DNA of 64,000 nt from the human T2T-CHM13v2.0 reference genome, Homo sapiens: assembly GCF_009914755.1 (NCBI RefSeq), contig NC_060925.1, one strand, 5' to 3'. The notes below the pieces were generated by a model. The model did no database searches, was not told the origin of the DNA, and saw nothing but the letters and a program-made list of their open reading frames with translations. The translations under genes and the position numbers were made by a program. Shown in pieces: positions 56,122 through 64,000 of the stretch. Positions within the stretch are counted from its first letter, which is position 1. Each line of letters begins with the position of its first letter.

Positions 56122-57024
56122 CTAGCATTCTATAAATCCTAAGAGTTTACTTAGTTGTAAATCTTGATCTTAACCTTAAGGAATCAAGAGAAAATAAAGG
56201 AAATGTAAAGAATGCAGAGAATAAAGATTTCAATTGTTGGTAATAACAGATACCACGAAGTGGGAAACCACTGTAAGTATAATACCAACTTTCATTGGTA
56301 AAAAGGCATTTTGAGCTATTAGAATAACTAGCACTAAGTACTGTAACATTACTGGTGCCTAAGACATGTAATGTTTAGCATATTTATCCCATAACATGGA
56401 CATGTTAAACATACAGATGAATGTACTGAAGGATAAAAATGTTTAGAAACCACATAACAGAACTCAAAAGCATGTGCTGCTCCTCCATCTTTTTCCTGCC
56501 AGTGAAGGACACTCAACTACAGAGATGCATCCACAAAGAATTTACAGACCATAAATAACACTTGTCTGAGGCATTAATGATTGACACGGTCAAAAAGCAA
56601 ATCTGCTGGCTGGGTAATCAGATCAGCACTCCTGACACCATGCCCACTGCTCTTCCTGAGATTGTATTTGACCTCTTCCCTTCAGCAGGTGATCCAAACT
56701 AAATTCACTTCCAGTTTTCAGTAATGGATAGTCCTCTGGTTGGCCTACTTAATATGTTTTCTCTGCTTTAAGCCACTGTTAAAATATGGAGACAAGGAGC
56801 CCAGACATGGAAAAACATTATACCAATGTAAAATGTAATGGAGAGTAGAGGGCTTTGGTCAACCAGATGCTCTTTAGTAAGAATAACTTTATATACAGGA
56901 GCTTCATAGTTGTTACATCTGCTTGGCTTCAGAAAATCATTCATTTTTGTCATATCTTATTTAACACCTATATGAAAGCAACTTATTAAAACGTTTGGTT
57001 TTCATGGAATTACTTCACCTATTA

Positions 57025-57577
<553 letters not shown>

Positions 57578-58796
57578 CTATAGAGAGAAAATGAAGATCC
57601 TCTCATGTGAAATATGGTTTCTGGAGAGGTAATAAATTTCAAAAGTTGCATACATGATGTCCCTAGAGCTTGACTGGTCTTCCACGAAACAATGAATCAT
57701 AAAACATCACCTTCCACTCAGGGGAAAATAATACTTGGAAAGTATCCTGACCACTCCCCAAAGGGGGTGCGGGGGTTCATATTTAAAATGAACTGACTTG
57801 GTAAAAATTATTTCAATATTCTTTTTCTGAAACCCTGAATTTATTCCATATTCATCAGAAGAATTATAATTATAGTGACACCCAAATTCAAGGCTGTTCT
57901 ATAGGCTTCACTGAAAGATTTAAAGGGTTAAACTCTAATACAAAACCATTGCTAAAAACACCACAGTTGCTCAATTGGCTAACTACGCGATTTAAGCAAG
58001 AAAGTAGCTGAATCATGCTACTTGGTTATCTTACATTAGCAGAAACTGTCATGTGATTTCAAAACTGGAGAAGTTGTTCATTCCTGCTTTAGTAACAATG
58101 AGTTTTATCCCACATTCAAAAAGTAACACAAGTAAAATTCTTAATGCTTTCTTATTCAGAAATCAACTTCATAAAAGGCACTGTTGACAGATTATAGCAA
58201 AATTCACACATCGCATTTTAGACTATTTAGCTCTTTAAGCTCTAAGTGCCTTGTGTGGAGAATTTTGCCATTTCACACTGACCCATCAAAACAAAGAGTC
58301 ATAAAGAGATTTCTTTGAAATCATTTAGCCAAATAGTCACTGTCTAGAAACTATTAGGCAAGGCACCACAGGAGACCAAAGAAGGGGAGGGGGACACTCA
58401 GGTAAACTCTCTCCCTCCGTGAGTTTATAATCTGGTTGAAAAGGCAGACATAAACAAATGTGTATGTCCAGCATAGACCAGAGTGATAGAGGAACTGTAA
58501 GGAGCTTTATAATATATTCAAAACCAGGATAGAAGGTGGGAGGACATATTAAAGGGAGAGGAGACACTGACTGCAAAAAACACAGAACTGGGTGAGCCTA
58601 AGACTTGATGAACAGTACCAAGAAACCTGATTTGCTGGAAAGAAGGGCTTTCCTACGGGAGGAGCCTGGGGTTGGGAGTGGAGAGGGCTCCAACCTAAGT
58701 TAAGGAGTCTAGATTGTAATTTGTGGGCCAACCTTAGGCACTGTTTTCTAAGAACCACCTGCCTGGAGAGCTTGATAAAATGCTGATTTGGGTTAA

Positions 58797-59743
<947 letters not shown>

Positions 59744-62060
59744 TCTATATGCATTTTAAACAAACATCCCAGGTAGCTCTTACGCAGCTATAGGCAGCTG
59801 GGTATTGTTAAAGGTTTCTGGCCAGAGGGCAATGCTGTGACAGGTATTTTTGTTAATCTATTTGGGTAGGCAAGGTGGATGGGGCAGACAGGAAGACTAT
59901 GTAAGAGCTGTTCTAGTACTTTTAGGCATGAGATGATAAGCTTAAGGATGAGGTGGCAGGAATGAAGAGGAAGGGGCAAGGACAGAGGTAAAGAAGGCAA
60001 CAAAAAACTGTCAGGACTTGGGAACTGAGGGATTTGGGGAGGCAGTGAGAACCAACTGGGTTTACTGAGAAAACAATAATTCCACTAACAGAAATGCAGA
60101 AGATCAAAAGCAGCTTGTTTCAGGAGGAAGAAGGACTGGATTTAAACATGTTGAATTTGAAGTGGTGGCAAAGTAACGAAGCAAAAATGAACAGCAAGCA
60201 GAAATATAGAGAACTTTGAAGAGGTCAGAAATGGACACACATCTGGAAGTGAGTCCTAGTAAGGACTAGAAGAGAATGTATACAACGAGAGTGTATACAA
60301 TCTTCTGAGGATCGCTGCAGGGAACAAAAGAGTAGGAAACTGACTTTGAGGGATACTTATTTTAGTGGGTCAGAGAAAAAAAACCAAGAGTGACCAGAAC
60401 AGAAAGGGGCACATCACAAGAAAAGAATGCCAAAATGGAAGGGAGGCTAATAGTAAGAGGTCTTGGTGCAAATAATCAAACCCCAAGATTTCCCTTCAGA
60501 CTCACTGGCTCTGCAGCCAAACACGGTCCCACTATAAGCTAACATCAGCAACACTGTCCTACAGACATTTACTATACAAAAATGCCACAAAGAAAGAGAC
60601 ATACAAAAGAAACAGCCCAGTGGTAAGTACGTTTGAAGCTCACAACATATCTCTAAGTTACAGAGGACAGGTATTTTACACACGAGAAATGGTCCCAAAC
60701 CTAGGTCTTTTTGTTCCTTCTGAACGATTTCACCCCCTGTCAATGAGAAGAAATGCAGAGCACCCTGGAGGTCAGGAGGAGGAAAAGAAAAAAGCAGAAA
60801 CTTTGACCTGCTAATTGATGGAATCAAGTCAGACAAATTCTAATGTGGCCACTTCTTTTCACTGCCATCATGGAAACCTAAAGCCCTGGGTAGGTTCCTT
60901 GCCACTGCCCTGTCTATTTCTAGAAACATGAAAGACCTGGGCTAATGTCCTACCTGACAGCCATTAGCTGACTGGTCACAGGGTAAGTCCCTGCACCTCT
61001 GAGTCTGTGTTTCCTCACTTCCTAAATGGGGACAATAATACCAGCAACTCCCTAGTCACCTCACAAATTTAAATATGATTATGTATTGGTCAATCTCCCT
61101 CCTCCCCCATTAGAATCATCAGGGAGTGGTTTGTGGGGAGGCGGGAAGGGGTGTTGTCTTAAAATAAAATGTGCTTTCAATAAAATACCTTGGCATCCCA
61201 TTTTTAAAGCCTTCTTAGGTGACTATGATTTGCAGTCAAAGTTGAGCACCACTGATGGAGTGGAGTGAGTTTGTTTTGAGCAAACGCCTAAAGGTGTGGA
61301 ATGGGCTGGGAATAAGAAAATGGTGAACTGGGGTGTATCTGCCTTAGATAAAAGAGGGCACTGCTTCTGTTTTTGCTCAAAGAGTGCAGGCCCACAGTGT
61401 CACTGGATCTTCCCATTTTTCAAGAAAAGTTAGAGATTTACATTTTAAAGTAAAATCTAAATTTTAAAATGTTGGTAACAAATTCAAATTTATTAAAAAC
61501 AAAACAGAACTTTGTGTAGGCCAAACCGGTCTGTGGGACATATTCAGCTGATGGGCCACCAGCCTGTGATAGGTGGTTTGAAGAAAGATGAACCTGAGAT
61601 GAAACTAGGGGTTTGCCCGCTGGCTTTAAACAAGTTACTTAACCTAGGTAGGCCTCAAGTTCTTCATCTGCAGAATGGGGTATATAATACCTACTTCAAA
61701 GAATTAATAGAAGAGACAACGAATGGAAGGCAAATGGAAAAGTGATTAATCAAGCATCAGTTTCTTGCATCCTGTCTTTATCAACAATGTTGTACTTTCA
61801 GAGTTGAACTCAAATGTGAGAGCTTTGTCAAAAAGACCCTCCATCAAATCAGGCTCCATTCCTGGACTCTGTGTGTCTCCGGCCTCCCAAGCTGGGTGTC
61901 TGTGACCCCATCCCTGAGACAGCAGAGATCCATCAGAGTTGTAAGTGTGGCCCTGCACCAGAAGGTGGGCAAAGGGCGAGGAAAAGATACACCTTCAATC
62001 AGCTCTGCATCTTACTGAGGAGCCACTATGCCTGTGGAGGCCTAAAGACTGCAGTAATCA

Positions 62061-63400
<1,340 letters not shown>

Positions 63401-64000
63401 GATTGAGAATTTGTCCTAAACGGGATATTTGTTTTGTTTTGTTTGACAGGCGGAAAAAGAAAGGCTTGAAGAAATCAAGCAACTTGCCCAAATCGTACTG
63501 CTAGGAAAAGACCAGCCTCTTTACACAGGCACACACCCCCTCCTTTTAATACCTTTGGAGATGAATATCTGGCATCTGAGAGGAAATGCTGCATTTTCTA
63601 CCCATGCGCCTCTTTTCTGTTGAATTTACCATCAGCTCCAAAGAACAGCGAGGGTCCCAGCGTTGTAGAAGCCCAGACTCAGGCTCGTGTACCCCATGTG
63701 TAGCTGATGCCAAACACTGACATATAGGTGCTTGGAGATAAAAGTTTATTCGATTTGGCCAAAGCGAGAAGGCGGGAGGGCAAGATCTCTCAAATCCGCC
63801 CTAACAAAAAGAAGAAGCAGAGAGTGTTTATGCGGCCAGCGAGTCAGGGAGGGGGAGTTTCAGGGAATCGAGGGAAAAAGTCTGTGTTTCTTCAGTCTCA
63901 GATAATTCCTTGAACAATCAGACTTCTGGGCGACAGAAGCTGGCCTCAAAGTACTTCAAAGGACTTATTCCTCCTGCAAACTTTTTCGTAACCCTGAAGT

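Overview
Human-type (primate) genomic DNA rich in Alu, L1, MIR and MaLR repeats. I recognise it from the encoded peptides as the CD247-CREG1 interval (human 1q24). Positions 1-27858 are the first ~28 kb of CD247 (CD3 zeta) intron 1 on the minus strand, followed by CD247 exon 1 (58 coding nt, MKWKALFTAAILQAQLPIT-) and a promoter with two ETS sites and no obvious TATA box. About 1 kb upstream, on the opposite strand, is a processed AKR1D1 pseudogene (29000-31405) nested inside two L1 fragments. An intergenic repeat-rich stretch follows. Then comes the complete 4-exon CREG1 gene on the minus strand (CDS 354+120+185+4 = 663 nt, 220 aa) with a CpG-island promoter at ~62.7-63.4 kb. Nearly all other ORFs in the track are repeat-derived or chance. 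The most notable observations are: (1) a 78-bp inverted copy of CD247 upstream DNA inserted inside the pseudogene; (2) four levels of nested insertion with visible TSDs; (3) a CREG1 last intron whose retention gives an identical protein; (4) a ~150-bp dispersed duplication in CD247 intron 1; (5) a near-consensus CTCF motif next to an (AGC)13 repeat just past the CREG1 polyA site. I see no convincing evidence of a wholly new gene system. Repeat subfamily names and boundaries are by eye and approximate.
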